In this document: piece by piece, positions 29,260-41,623 of the stretch | Position numbering within the stretch: position 1 is the stretch's first letter | Layout: the number at the start of each line of letters is the position of its first letter | NCBI GenBank assembly: GCA_963782055.1 | Contig: CAWAIF010000003.1 | Span: 5,184,001-5,248,000, forward strand | DNA: 64,000 nucleotides | Origin: an uncultured delta proteobacterium | GTDB lineage: Bacteria > Myxococcota_A > Polyangia > Polyangiales > Polyangiaceae | Reading direction: 5' to 3' | The notes under the pieces: model-generated | Database searches by the model: none | Told to the model about the DNA's origin: nothing | The model's input: only the letters and a program-made list of their open reading frames with translations | Made by a program: the position numbers and the translations under genes

Positions 29260-30704
29260 CATGCCCGATCTCTTAAGCACCGATCGCCCCAAGTTTGAGG
29301 GCGATTCGTTTCCTGGAGCGTGAAGGTTGTCGTTCGCGTGCCAGAGCGACGAGTGCCGCGCCCACGGTGGTCACGACGGCAGTCCACGCGGCGGTGCTCA
29401 GGGAGACGAGGGCGTCGACCAGGTCCCGCGCGTAGGCGCGCACGACGTGCAACGTCGCCAGGGGGCGCAGTTGCTCGAGAGGGACGTCGCGCGCGAGTGC
29501 AGCCTGGATCCTGACCGAGCGCACGAGCGCGTGGGCGAGCATCGCGCCGTAGGTGAGCGCCTTGATCGCGTGGGGATCGGCGGTGAAGGAGCGGCCGAGG
29601 TCGGCGGTCTGCTTCAGCTCGCGAAAGAGCAGCTCGATCAGCCAGCGGAGTCGGTAGGTCTGGATGATCTGCCGTGGCGAGAGCACGCTGCGCGGCACGG
29701 TGGTCAGGTACCAGCGGATGACGGTCGACTTGTGCGCGAGTCCCACGAGCCGCAATGCGACGGTGTCCTTGCCCTTGCCCCACGTCACGTCGAGGTCGAA
29801 GATCGTCCCGCGCTTGCGCGACACGCTCTGCAGGTAGTAGCCAAGCGACCAGTTGTGGAGCGGGGTGTGGCCGTTCTCCGAGATGTGCGCGGTCACGCGT
29901 ACCTTCGCCGTGGTCTTGAGGCGCATCAGCACGTGCGCGCCGGCAGCCTTCGCCTGGGTGAACAGAGCGCGCTCGAAAAAGCCGAGGTCGAAGAGGTAGA
30001 GCACCCCGCGCGTGAAGCTCGGGACCAGCTTCCGCCACAGCGGCGTCTCCGACGCGGTCTCCGCGTCGGAGACGCCGTGCTCGAGCAGGCCGGTCTTGAT
30101 GCTGTAGCCCATCACCCACTTGGTGCCGGCCTTGCCCTTGGTGCATCCCGGCAGCAGCTCGCGCCCGCGCGGTGGCACGCGCTGCCCCGTACCGTCGTAG
30201 ACCCGCACGTCCTCGAAGCGGGCGAGCGGCCCGCTCAGCTCCAGGCCCGCCGCCTTCGTCACCGACGCCACGAGGTGCTCGAGCGCCGCGCGGAAGAACG
30301 CCGCCGCCGACTCCTGCTTGAACCGCTTCTGGAACGGGCACGGGCGCATGAAGCCGAAGCGCCTCACGAAGATCGCCCGCAGCGACTCGAACGACAGCGT
30401 CTGGCCCGCGAGGAACCCCTCGACGACCGTGAGCACCAGGCGGAACGCGGTGGCGCGCCGCTGCCGCGGGTTGTAGCCGGTGCGGCCCCGAAGCTCGTCG
30501 ATGACCGCCGGCGTGAAGGTCCGCTGCAGCTGCTCCTCCACCGCGCTCGCCTCTTCGCTCGGGTCTGGACGGCTGCTCGTGGCTCGGGTAGCTCTCGTCG
30601 TCATCGGGCGTCCTCTCCTTGTTGGTGTCGCAACCGAACAACGAGAAAGGCGCCCGATTTATTTCCATCATTCCGCCACGTTATGTCCAAAGGATCTGGC
30701 CATG
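29260..30704 (-). mobile_element. IS4-family insertion sequence, 1445 bp
   Basis: 10-bp TSD GCCACCGCGC (29250-29259, 30705-30714); imperfect IRs CATGCCCGATCTCTT / CATGGCCAGATCCTT. Confidence 0.9.
29273..30604 (-). CDS. IS4-family DDE transposase
   Basis: VYDGT, LFDLGFF, YRLRWLIELLFRELKQ (YREK motif). Confidence 0.92.
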   Translation of the reverse strand: MTTRATRATSSRPDPSEEASAVEEQLQRTFTPAVIDELRGRTGYNPRQRRATAFRLVLTVVEGFLAGQTLSFESLRAIFVRRFGFMRPCPFQKRFKQESAAAFFRAALEHLVASVTKAAGLELSGPLARFEDVRVYDGTGQRVPPRGRELLPGCTKGKAGTKWVMGYSIKTGLLEHGVSDAETASETPLWRKLVPSFTRGVLYLFDLGFFERALFTQAKAAGAHVLMRLKTTAKVRVTAHISENGHTPLHNWSLGYYLQSVSRKRGTIFDLDVTWGKGKDTVALRLVGLAHKSTVIRWYLTTVPRSVLSPRQIIQTYRLRWLIELLFRELKQTADLGRSFTADPHAIKALTYGAMLAHALVRSVRIQAALARDVPLEQLRPLATLHVVRAYARDLVDALVSLSTAAWTAVVTTVGAALVALARERQPSRSRKRIALKLGAIGA

Positions 30705-31618
30705 GCCACCGCGCTCTTCGACTCGTTGATCTGGAGATGGAGCTTCGCGTAGAGACGCCGCAGCGCCTGCATGACCCGCTCGCCCGCTCGCCGTGACCGC
30801 ACGTAAACGTTGCTGTCATCGGCGTAGCGCACGAAGGCGTGTCCGCGCTTCTCCAGCTCCTTGTCGACTTCGTCGAGGAGCACGTTCGCAAGCATTGGCG
30901 AGAGAGGACCGCCCTGGGGCGTTCCCTCGTCGCGATCCATCACGACGCCGTTCGCCATGATGCCGGCGTTCAGGTAGCGACGGATGAGTCCCAGCACGCG
31001 CCGATCCTCGATTCGTTTGGCCAGTCTCCCCATGAGCACGTCGTGGTTGACGCGGTCGAAGAAAGCTTCGAGATCCACGTCGACCACCCATCGTCTTCCT
31101 TGCTGCACATACCGCTTCGCCTCGCGCACGGCGTCGTGCGCGCTGCGCCGCGGCCGGAAGCCGTGGCTGTGCTCCGAGAAGGTCGGATCGAATCGAGGCT
31201 GCAGGACCTGCAAGAGGGCCTGCTGGATGAGTCGGTCGAGCACCGTCGGGATGCCGAGCTGTCGCTCGCCGCCGCCGCTCTTCGGAATCACGTGCCGTCG
31301 CACCGGCTGCGGCTGGTACGTCCCCGCGAGCAGCTGCTCGCGGAGGGACGGCCAGTGCACGCGAAGGTGGTCCGGTAGCTCCTCCACCGTCATCCCGTCG
31401 ATGCCGGGACTGCCCTTGTTCCGCTTCACTCGCTTCAGCGCGGCCTGAAGGTTCTTGCGCGTGAGCGCCGCCTCCATCAGCCCGCTCGTTCCTGAGCGCT
31501 CGGTTCCATGGGTCGCCGAATCCGCTTCCACGCGTCGGTCGTCGCTCGGGGCTTCACCATCCGCGGCGGTCGGCGTCTCGCTCTTGGACTTCTGTGGCTG
31601 CGCGTTCTCGAGATCCAT
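30705..31618 (-). pseudogene. ltrA: Intron RT/maturase, N-terminal part (RT0-RT6)
   Basis: GSPGIDG, LGIPTVLDRLIQQA, GTPQGGPLSPMLAN, RYADD. Confidence 0.92.
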
Positions 31619-32226
31619 GGGCGTTTCGCCCTCCTCTCCGTTTGGCCCTTCGCAGCGATAGAGACTTCCGGGGTTCGGGGGGGGTCCCTGCCCGGCTCCT
31701 TCGCCGCTACTACGGCCTCTGCTGACTTCTCGCTCCGTCCGACGTTGTCGCCGGCCGTCGCCCTTTCAGGCGCGAGGCGAGATCTCCCCAGGTAAGAGCA
31801 TCAACCTTCACCGCACGACCGCCGGATATACGCCGCCGAGCTTCGGTCACGAGAGCTTCGCGGGTTCCAGTCCGCTCGCCCTGCTCGGCCACGCCTCCGA
31901 TCCGATTTCTGTACGTCGGCCCGCGGCTTCGCTCCCCACTTCCTCCAGACGGTCCCTCACGGTTCCGCCCTTGTGGTTCGCTTCTGTCATTGTGACCAAT
32001 TTCAGGAAGGACTTTCACCTCCGGGTTGATGCCCATGCTGGGCGCACTGGACGAAGCCGCTGCGCGGCAGCGTGGCTCCGCATCAAGCTCGCTCGCGACC
32101 CGGGAGCCCCGCGAGCCGTGTGCGCGCTGACGAGCCCGCCTCGTAGCCCTCGCGTGCCGTGATGCGGGCGATCCTGCGGCGCGCGCCGCCCGCTCGTGGG
32201 CGCGCGCGGAGCCGAAGGAGGCCGCG

Positions 32227-33072
32227 ATGGGTGCGAAGCGAAGACTGCGGGACACGATGAGCGAGGACCTCGCGCTGCGAGGGATGAGCGCCAACACGAT
32301 CGCCACGTACGTGGGGTGCGTGCGGCGGTTCGCGCAGTACCACGGGCGGTCGCCGTGCGCGCTGGGGGCGGCGGAGATCCGGACGTTCCTCTTGCACCTG
32401 GTGGCGGAGCGCAGGCTGGCGGCGCTGACGGTCAACGTGCACGCGGCCGCGCTGAGGTTTCTCTACGAGGTGACGCTGGAGCGGCCGGAGGCGACGCTGG
32501 GGATGGCGCGCATGCGGGTGCCGATGCACGTGCCGGTGGTGCTGACGAGCGCGGAGGTGGCGCGGCTGCTCGCGTCGCTCACGAGCCACAAGCACCGGGC
32601 CCTGGTGATGCTCGCCTACGGGGCGGGGCTGCGCGTGAGCGAGGTGTGCAAGCTCCGGGTGGACGACATCGATCCGAAGCGGATGCTCCTGCACGTGCGG
32701 CACACCAAGCGCGGGCGTGAGCGCTACGTGATGCTCAGCGCGAGGCTGCTGGCGACGCTGCGCGCGTACTGGAAGGCGTCACGACCCGCAGGACCGCAGC
32801 TGTTTCCGGGGCGCGTGCCCGGGACGCTCCTCACGCGCGCGGCCGTCCACCGGGCGATCCTCAAGGCGGCGCGGCGCGCGGGCATCACCCGGCGCGTGTC
32901 GCCGCACACGCTGCGCCACAGCTTCGCCACGCACCTGCTCGACGCAGGGACCGACCTTCGCACGTTGCAGGTCTTGCTCGGGCACGCGTCGCTCAGGAGC
33001 ACGATGGCCTACCTGCACGTGAGCACCGCCCGCGTGCAGTCGATTCAGAGCCCCCTCGACGCGCTGCCCTGA
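32227..33072 (+). CDS. Tyrosine recombinase/integrase
   Basis: Same 281-aa protein as 18007-18852. Confidence 0.95.
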   Translation: MGAKRRLRDTMSEDLALRGMSANTIATYVGCVRRFAQYHGRSPCALGAAEIRTFLLHLVAERRLAALTVNVHAAALRFLYEVTLERPEATLGMARMRVPMHVPVVLTSAEVARLLASLTSHKHRALVMLAYGAGLRVSEVCKLRVDDIDPKRMLLHVRHTKRGRERYVMLSARLLATLRAYWKASRPAGPQLFPGRVPGTLLTRAAVHRAILKAARRAGITRRVSPHTLRHSFATHLLDAGTDLRTLQVLLGHASLRSTMAYLHVSTARVQSIQSPLDALP

Positions 33073-33078
33073 GCCCCG

Positions 33079-34038
33079 ATGCACCCGTCGTGTGCGCCCG
33101 CGCGCACGCGCGCGGCGCCCATCGAGCTCGCGGACGTGGTGCGCGCCCACGGCGAGGCCTTCGCCGGCGGCCGCGTGCTGCGTCCCGAGGAGCGGTCGGC
33201 GCTGCGGGCGATCGAGCGATGCCGGACCGCCGCGCTGGGCGGACATCTGGACGTGTGCACCGCGTGCGGGCTCGAGCGACCGTCGTACAACTCGTGCCGC
33301 AACCGGCACTGTCCCAAGTGCCAGTCGCTCGCGCAGGCGCGGTGGGTCGCCACGCGGCTCGAGCGCATTCTGCCCGTGCACTACTTCCACGTCGTCTTCA
33401 CGCTCCCCGCCGAGCTGCGCGCCGTCGCGCGGCGCTCGCGCGCGCGGGTCTTCGACATGCTCTTCGCGAGCGCGGCCGACACGCTGGCCACCCTCGCGCG
33501 GGATCCGAAGTGGCTCGGCGCCGAGCTCGGCGTCACGATGGTCCTGCACACCTGGACGCGCGCGCTGCTCTTCCACCCCCACGTGCACGCCATCGTCACC
33601 GGCGGCGGACTCACCGGCGACGCCGCGCGCTGGGTGCGCGCGCGCCGTCGCTTCCTCTTCCCCGTGCGCGTGATGGGCGTCTCGATGGGCGAGCGCGGCG
33701 TCACCTTCCGCACCAGAGACGGCAAGTCGGTCACCGTCCCGGCCGAGGAGCTGCTCGCGCGCTTCGTCCAGCACGTGCTGCCGCGCGGCTTCGTCAAGAT
33801 CCGCCACTACGGCCTGCACTCCGCCAGCCACGCCACCACGCGCCTCGAGACCGCACGCCGCAGACTGGGTCCGCACGCGGCGCCCGCTGCGCGACCGGTG
33901 CGCCGTGCCGTCGCCGCCGACCTGCTGCTGCGAATCGCGGGCATCGACCTGCGCCGCTGCCCCGCTTGCCACACGCCTGCCCTCGTGCGCACCGCGCTGC
34001 CGGAGCCCCGAGCTCGCGACCCGCCGGGGGCCGCATGA
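33079..34038 (+). pseudogene. IS91-family transposase with the same 201-bp deletion
   Basis: VRVMG|VSMGERG junction, YLGRY missing. Confidence 0.9.
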
Positions 34039-34365
34039 TCTCCCCGCGTCGTGTTCCACTGCGCTCGCTCCACGAGTGCGGCGCAGGCCCCTGTCCATCC
34101 GCGCCACGAAAACCCGCCCTCCGAGCACGCACGGCTGCCCGCTGCGCGCTCCGGGACGCCCGCGTCGAGCGCCGTCCCGCCGCCCGCTCCGCACCTCGCG
34201 CACCCGCACGCGTGACCCACACGCCGCCAACTTCCCCATAGGGCTCCGAGGCCACCGCCTCGCCGCTGCCGCGCACCGGCTTCGTCCAACCGTCGATTTC
34301 GCGACCGCGCACCCGCGCCACGCGACCGCCGCCGCGACCCGGCGCGCTCACGCAATCGACTCTTA

Positions 34366-34415
34366 CTTATGCGAAGTGGGGCCGTCCGGTGTCACTGGAA
34401 GGACGGACCAGGGTG
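34366..34415 (+). repeat. 99-bp unit right half (copy 5)
   Basis: CTTATGCGAAGTGGGGCCGTCCGGTGTCACTGGAAGGACGGACCAGGGTG. Confidence 0.92.
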
Positions 34416-34541
34416 AGGAGCGCGAACAAGTTCTGCGCGCAGCAGTGCGTGAACGACTCGAACTGCGGGGCCGCGCACTGCCACGGGGACTTCAGCTTCG
34501 CGTCGTCGAGCTGCAACGGGCCGAAGGCGTGTGGGCCGTGA
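34416..34541 (+). pseudogene. Orphan 3' tail of a Cys-rich protein starting at the repeat
   Basis: My translation: RSANKFCAQQCVNDSNCGAAHCHGDFSFASSSCNGPKACGP*. Confidence 0.55.
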
Positions 34542-34553
34542 GCCGCTTCCCCG

Positions 34554-35024
34554 TTAGAGACACGCCCCCACCAGATTTCCGTCGATCGACACGGTCGTGC
34601 ACGTCTTCCCGAGCGCCGGGCAGACGTCGTCCCAGGGGCACAGCGTGAGCCCGGTGCAGGTCGCCGCGCAGTCGTAGTTGGTGCCGCTCTGGCGCGTGAA
34701 CGTCGGTGGGCACGTCGTCGAGTCCGGCGTGGGTACGATCGTCTGGACGCAGCACACCTGCCCGCTCGGACAGAAGAAGTCGTAGTGCGTGTCTCCGCAG
34801 CCCCACGATGCCTCTCCGGGCGCGCAGGCGTTGAGTTCGCAGCCACCCGGCACGCAGCACGCCGACATCGGGCAGTTGCCGCAGGGATCTTCGTAGATCG
34901 GCCGCGCGCCGGCGTCGCACGTGGAGGTGCCTGCGTCGGACGTCTGCTTCAGGTCCGCGAAACCCCACACGTCGGCGCAGCCCGCGACGAGGACCAGCAG
35001 GATCACGGAGGCACGCGCGCTCAC
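34554..35024 (-). CDS. Cys-rich lipoprotein
   Basis: Lipobox LVAGC; many cysteines. Confidence 0.7.
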   Translation of the reverse strand: MSARASVILLVLVAGCADVWGFADLKQTSDAGTSTCDAGARPIYEDPCGNCPMSACCVPGGCELNACAPGEASWGCGDTHYDFFCPSGQVCCVQTIVPTPDSTTCPPTFTRQSGTNYDCAATCTGLTLCPWDDVCPALGKTCTTVSIDGNLVGACL

Positions 35025-35847
35025 CAGCTCACCCTCAGGTCGACGCCACCATAGTTCGTGCCCACGGAGGGATGAATCGCCACGCCGCTCCTGGGGGCGG
35101 TGATGAACAGCACGGCGCCGGCCGCGAGCGACGCGGCTCCGACGACGAACGCCACGGTCGCGGCGGTCGCCTGATCATGCGCCGACGCCCCGCCCTGGAC
35201 ACCGGCCGCGTCACACGCGGCTGGATTGCCGCCGCAGTGATCCCGGAGCGCGCCGTCGTAGGTCGACTTCGCCACGAGCGCCAGGACGCCTCCGATGATG
35301 ACGATGCCGACTCCGGCGCCACCGACGATGAGCCCGACGGTACGCTGCGTGACGCCGCCGGTGCCCGCCGCGGCGCGTGCGCCGAGGACGACGGTCTCCT
35401 GGCGCCCCTTCTCCGCCTCGCGGAGTACGAGCGTCTTCTCGACCGCGCCGAGTCCGGCCGCCTCGAAGCGAAAGGTGTGCTCGCCCGGGTCGACGCTGAT
35501 CGGCGTGCCGTCGACGCGGTCGGAGACGGGCGCACCGTCCACGCTCACGCGGACGGCGGTCAGCGCCGCGCCGCCGGCGTCGTTCACCGCGAAGATGATC
35601 GACGGTGTGGCTCTCTCGACGTCAGCGAGCCGCTTCCTGCAGTCATCGCGCACCGGTCCCGGACAGCTCTCGGCGACGCAGGCGAGGAGCTTGCTCCGGG
35701 CTTCGCGCGGCTTGCCGGCGTGCTGCAGACCCTGCGCGCTCTCGTTGCTGTCGATGCACTCCTGCTTCGTCGGTGCCGCATGGGCCTGCGCGCTCGCGGC
35801 GAGCGTCGCGAGCACGGCGAAGGCGGCCACCGCCGTCCTGACTCGAG

Positions 35848-35869
<22 letters not shown>
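35021..35869 (-). CDS. PEGA-like domain membrane protein
   Basis: Signal peptide; VRVSVDG..PISVDPGEHTFRFEAAG; C-terminal TMs; typical kinase neighbour. Confidence 0.75.
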
Positions 35870-37284
<1,415 letters not shown>

Positions 37285-37391
37285 ACGGACCCCGGATCGC
37301 AGATGTTACACCGCTTCCGGTTCCGGCATGTGGGTACCGGTGTCTCCCCGGACCGGCGACGCAGGAGAGCTCCGAGCGGTCATGGTTCGAG

Positions 37392-37443
37392 CGCATAGGA
37401 AATGCTAGCGCGGTCGGGCGCGAAAGTTTACGAAATCCATCTT
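37392..37443 (+). repeat. 99-bp unit left half (copy 6)
   Basis: CGCATAGGAAATGCTAGCG..CCATCTT. Confidence 0.92.
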
Positions 37444-37621
37444 GGACGAAGCCGCTGCGCGGCAGCGTGGCTCCGCATCAAGCTCGCTCGCGACCCGGGA
37501 GCCCCGCGAGCCGTGTGCGCGCTGACGAGCCCGCCTCGTAGCCCTCGCGTGCCGTGATGCGGGCGATCCTGCGGCGCGCGCCGCCCGCTCGTGGGCGCGC
37601 GCGGAGCCGAAGGAGGCCGCG

Positions 37622-38467
37622 ATGGGTGCGAAGCGAAGACTGCGGGACACGATGAGCGAGGACCTCGCGCTGCGAGGGATGAGCGCCAACACGATCGCCA
37701 CGTACGTGGGGTGCGTGCGGCGGTTCGCGCAGTACCACGGGCGGTCGCCGTGCGCGCTGGGGGCGGCGGAGATCCGGACGTTCCTCTTGCACCTGGTGGC
37801 GGAGCGCAGGCTGGCGGCGCTGACGGTCAACGTGCACGCGGCCGCGCTGAGGTTTCTCTACGAGGTGACGCTGGAGCGGCCGGAGGCGACGCTGGGGATG
37901 GCGCGCATGCGGGTGCCGATGCACGTGCCGGTGGTGCTGACGAGCGCGGAGGTGGCGCGGCTGCTCGCGTCGCTCACGAGCCACAAGCACCGGGCCCTGG
38001 TGATGCTCGCCTACGGGGCGGGGCTGCGCGTGAGCGAGGTGTGCAAGCTCCGGGTGGACGACATCGATCCGAAGCGGATGCTCCTGCACGTGCGGCACAC
38101 CAAGCGCGGGCGTGAGCGCTACGTGATGCTCAGCGCGAGGCTGCTGGCGACGCTGCGCGCGTACTGGAAGGCGTCACGACCCGCAGGACCGCAGCTGTTT
38201 CCGGGGCGCGTGCCCGGGACGCTCCTCACGCGCGCGGCCGTCCACCGGGCGATCCTCAAGGCGGCGCGGCGCGCGGGCATCACCCGGCGCGTGTCGCCGC
38301 ACACGCTGCGCCACAGCTTCGCCACGCACCTGCTCGACGCAGGGACCGACCTTCGCACGTTGCAGGTCTTGCTCGGGCACGCGTCGCTCAGGAGCACGAT
38401 GGCCTACCTGCACGTGAGCACCGCCCGCGTGCAGTCGATTCAGAGCCCCCTCGACGCGCTGCCCTGA
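37622..38467 (+). CDS. Tyrosine recombinase/integrase
   Basis: Same 281-aa protein. Confidence 0.95.
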   Translation: MGAKRRLRDTMSEDLALRGMSANTIATYVGCVRRFAQYHGRSPCALGAAEIRTFLLHLVAERRLAALTVNVHAAALRFLYEVTLERPEATLGMARMRVPMHVPVVLTSAEVARLLASLTSHKHRALVMLAYGAGLRVSEVCKLRVDDIDPKRMLLHVRHTKRGRERYVMLSARLLATLRAYWKASRPAGPQLFPGRVPGTLLTRAAVHRAILKAARRAGITRRVSPHTLRHSFATHLLDAGTDLRTLQVLLGHASLRSTMAYLHVSTARVQSIQSPLDALP

Positions 38468-38473
38468 GCCCCG

Positions 38474-39433
38474 ATGCACCCGTCGTGTGCGCCCGCGCGC
38501 ACGCGCGCGGCGCCCATCGAGCTCGCGGACGTGGTGCGCGCCCACGGCGAGGCCTTCGCCGGCGGCCGCGTGCTGCGTCCCGAGGAGCGGTCGGCGCTGC
38601 GGGCGATCGAGCGATGCCGGACCGCCGCGCTGGGCGGACATCTGGACGTGTGCACCGCGTGCGGGCTCGAGCGACCGTCGTACAACTCGTGCCGCAACCG
38701 GCACTGTCCCAAGTGCCAGTCGCTCGCGCAGGCGCGGTGGGTCGCCACGCGGCTCGAGCGCATTCTGCCCGTGCACTACTTCCACGTCGTCTTCACGCTC
38801 CCCGCCGAGCTGCGCGCCGTCGCGCGGCGCTCGCGCGCGCGGGTCTTCGACATGCTCTTCGCGAGCGCGGCCGACACGCTGGCCACCCTCGCGCGGGATC
38901 CGAAGTGGCTCGGCGCCGAGCTCGGCGTCACGATGGTCCTGCACACCTGGACGCGCGCGCTGCTCTTCCACCCCCACGTGCACGCCATCGTCACCGGCGG
39001 CGGACTCACCGGCGACGCCGCGCGCTGGGTGCGCGCGCGCCGTCGCTTCCTCTTCCCCGTGCGCGTGATGGGCGTCTCGATGGGCGAGCGCGGCGTCACC
39101 TTCCGCACCAGAGACGGCAAGTCGGTCACCGTCCCGGCCGAGGAGCTGCTCGCGCGCTTCGTCCAGCACGTGCTGCCGCGCGGCTTCGTCAAGATCCGCC
39201 ACTACGGCCTGCACTCCGCCAGCCACGCCACCACGCGCCTCGAGACCGCACGCCGCAGACTGGGTCCGCACGCGGCGCCCGCTGCGCGACCGGTGCGCCG
39301 TGCCGACGCCGCCGACCTGCTGCTGCGAATCGCGGGCATCGACCTGCGCCGCTGCCCCGCTTGCCACACGCCTGCCCTCGTGCGCACCGCGCTGCCGGAG
39401 CCCCGAGCTCGCGACCCGCCGGGGGCCGCATGA
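38474..39433 (+). pseudogene. IS91-family transposase with the same 201-bp deletion
   Basis: YLGRY missing. Confidence 0.9.
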
Positions 39434-39767
39434 TCTCCCCGCGTCGTGTTCCACTGCGCTCGCTCCACGAGTGCGGCGCAGGCCCCTGTCCATCCGCGCC
39501 ACGAAAACCCGCCCTCCGAGCACGCACGGCTGCCCGCTGCGCGCTCCGGGACGCCCGCGTCGAGCGCCGTCCCGCCGCCCGCTCCGCACCTCGCGCACCC
39601 GCACGCGTGACCCACACGCCGCCAACTTCCCCATAGGGCTCCGGGCTCCGAGGCCACCGCCTCGCCGCTGCCGCGCACCGGCTTCGTCCAACCGTCGATT
39701 TCGCGACCGCGCACCCGCGCCACGCGACCGCCGCCGCGACCCGGCGCGCTCACGCAATCGACTCTTA

Positions 39768-39817
39768 CTTATGCGAAGTGGGGCCGTCCGGTGTCACTGG
39801 AAGGACGGACCAGGGTG
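39768..39817 (+). repeat. 99-bp unit right half (copy 6)
   Basis: CTTATGCGAAGTGGGG..CAGGGTG. Confidence 0.92.
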
Positions 39818-40157
39818 GCTCGAAGCGCTCGCCCGCGCCGCTGGGATGCCTCGCGATCATGTGGCGCACGGCTGCCGCCAACGGGATCCGGATGGGCTTC
39901 GCCGAGCAAGGGTCGCCGGCTACGTCAGGACGGGGCAGCGCGAGACCTTGCCCTCAGCAGGGTCAGTGCTCGATGTCGCTGTGCTTCGCCCTGCCGGAGA
40001 AGAGCTGCACCCTTCGACAATCGCCGCGCAGAACATCACATCGTTGTAGATCAACAGGAGCCTTCCGCGTGACGACCCAGTCGGACCGCAACACCGCGCA
40101 GAACGTGAGTCAATTGCGGAGCGATTCCCAGCACCCGACGCCATGGGAGACCGCGGT

Positions 40158-41252
40158 TCAGTCACCGCCAAACGGCGGGTGTGACGCGACCCAGATGTCA
40201 TACTTTCCGCCGCTCCCCGAGCGCTGACTGGTGAAGTAGAGGCTGCAGGAGTCCGGCGAGATCCATCCTGGGATGTCCACACCCTGGTTGGAGGCAAGCT
40301 CCGTGACGACGGCGGCGTTCGCGAACAGGGAGCTCGTCGTGGCACGGTTCGCTACCCAGACGTCGCCTCCTTGATAGTAGTACAGCGTCAGCCCGTCGCC
40401 CGTCACCACGGGATGCGGGACATCCGCGACGCCCGACACGAACACTTGCACCGGCTTGGAGCATGTCCCCTTGCCAGTGCAGTCCGCCTCGAAGAGAGGC
40501 AAGTCAGCGTTGTTGCCCTGCATGGTCAAGTACAACTTACTACCGTCCTCGGTCACATATGGCCACCGATGGAAGACGTTCGGCTGGCTGACGCCTGTCA
40601 CCACCGACGGGGTGCCGAATGGCATCGCGGTGCTCGTGCGCTGGCTCACGAAGATGTCGAAGAATGACGCAGCGTCGAAGTCGTTCGACTCGAAGTACAT
40701 CGTGAGCCCATCCGCCGTAACAGCCGGGGCGTCGTCTATGAGGGAGCCGTTGACGTTGCCGACAGGCGCGACGTTGCCGAAGGCATCGCTCCTTGTCGCG
40801 CGGGTGGCCTGGTAGATGTCCACGCTCTGGTTGGCGTTCGCGCCGCGCGCGAAGTAGATCGTCAGCTCGTCGGGGCTGAGGGAGCCGACCAGCTCGTAGT
40901 CCGCCGTGTTGATGTTCCCGCCCAGCGGCGTCGGTGGCATGAAGGGCTTGCCCAGATCGCACGGCGGCTGGCCCGAGTCGGTCGGCGCGGCGTGGTCACT
41001 TCCGTCCCCACTGGCGTCGAGGTCTGCATCGACCCCCGCGTCGAGGCCCGAGCAGTCGCATGCCGAGTATGCCGTCCCCGCCGCGTTGCAGACCTGGTAC
41101 CCGGTGCAGCTCCCGGCGCCGACGCAACTGACCGACTGGTTCGGGATGCATGCCGGGGACGACGACACGGGGGGATCGCCTCCGCCGCACTGGAACGCGA
41201 GGGCCGCGCCGACCGCCGCGGCGGTGAATAGGACAAGGTACTGTCTCGACAT
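40158..41252 (-). CDS. Secreted PD40/TolB-like beta-propeller protein
   Basis: Signal peptide; LSPDELTIYF, VTADGLTMYF, VTEDGSKLY, ISPDSCSLYF repeats. Confidence 0.82.
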   Translation of the reverse strand: MSRQYLVLFTAAAVGAALAFQCGGGDPPVSSSPACIPNQSVSCVGAGSCTGYQVCNAAGTAYSACDCSGLDAGVDADLDASGDGSDHAAPTDSGQPPCDLGKPFMPPTPLGGNINTADYELVGSLSPDELTIYFARGANANQSVDIYQATRATRSDAFGNVAPVGNVNGSLIDDAPAVTADGLTMYFESNDFDAASFFDIFVSQRTSTAMPFGTPSVVTGVSQPNVFHRWPYVTEDGSKLYLTMQGNNADLPLFEADCTGKGTCSKPVQVFVSGVADVPHPVVTGDGLTLYYYQGGDVWVANRATTSSLFANAAVVTELASNQGVDIPGWISPDSCSLYFTSQRSGSGGKYDIWVASHPPFGGD

Positions 41253-41623
41253 GATGCCCTCCATCGACCGGCCGCGATGATGGCTCGTCGCCACAACAAC
41301 ACAGAGCACGATCCCACTCGTGGCGCAAGGCGCGGGCCTGCGCTGCCGGCTGCCGGGGACCTGGTCGTTCCCGGTCCGGCAGCGTTCTCATGGCTGGAGG
41401 CGCGCCACCAAGGCCTCCCCACTGACCGCGACCGCGCGCGTGACGGTGCCGGACGGCAAGGTCATCGTGTCGGCGCGTGTCCGCGCAGCATCCGACCACC
41501 ACGGAGTCCGGCCACGTGGGGAACGCAAGCCTCAGAAGATGTTCGCGCTGCTCTGCGACGAGCCGGAGCCGAAGCTCGCCAAGTTCTTCCCACCGGAATC
41601 GAACTGCGCGTCGCCTCACACCG

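Larger units (their letters stand above)
28702..32047 (-). mobile_element. Group II intron (class IIC-like), interrupted by an IS4-family element
   Basis: 5' GTGCGCCCAGCATGGGC at 32047; domain V GAACCGCCGGATGCGGACCCGCCTGTCCGGTGGTGTG and domain VI ending CCGAT at 28702; removal restores CCATCT|TGGACGAAGCC. Confidence 0.93.
32048..34366 (+). mobile_element. Tyrosine recombinase + IS91-family transposase module, copy 2
   Basis: Near-identical to 17827-20143. Confidence 0.93.
37442..39768 (+). mobile_element. Tyrosine recombinase + IS91-family transposase module, copy 3
   Basis: Near-identical to copy 2; extra GGGCTCC duplication near 39636. Confidence 0.93.

Noticed and set aside
28566..30671. 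701-aa ORF spanning IS4, intron and repeat
   Set aside because: Crosses several element boundaries in a non-coding frame; no coherent motifs.
28702..32047. RT as part of a DGR, retron or defence RT
   Set aside because: Clear group II intron 5' GTGCG, domain V/VI and maturase domain; no template/variable repeat pair seen.
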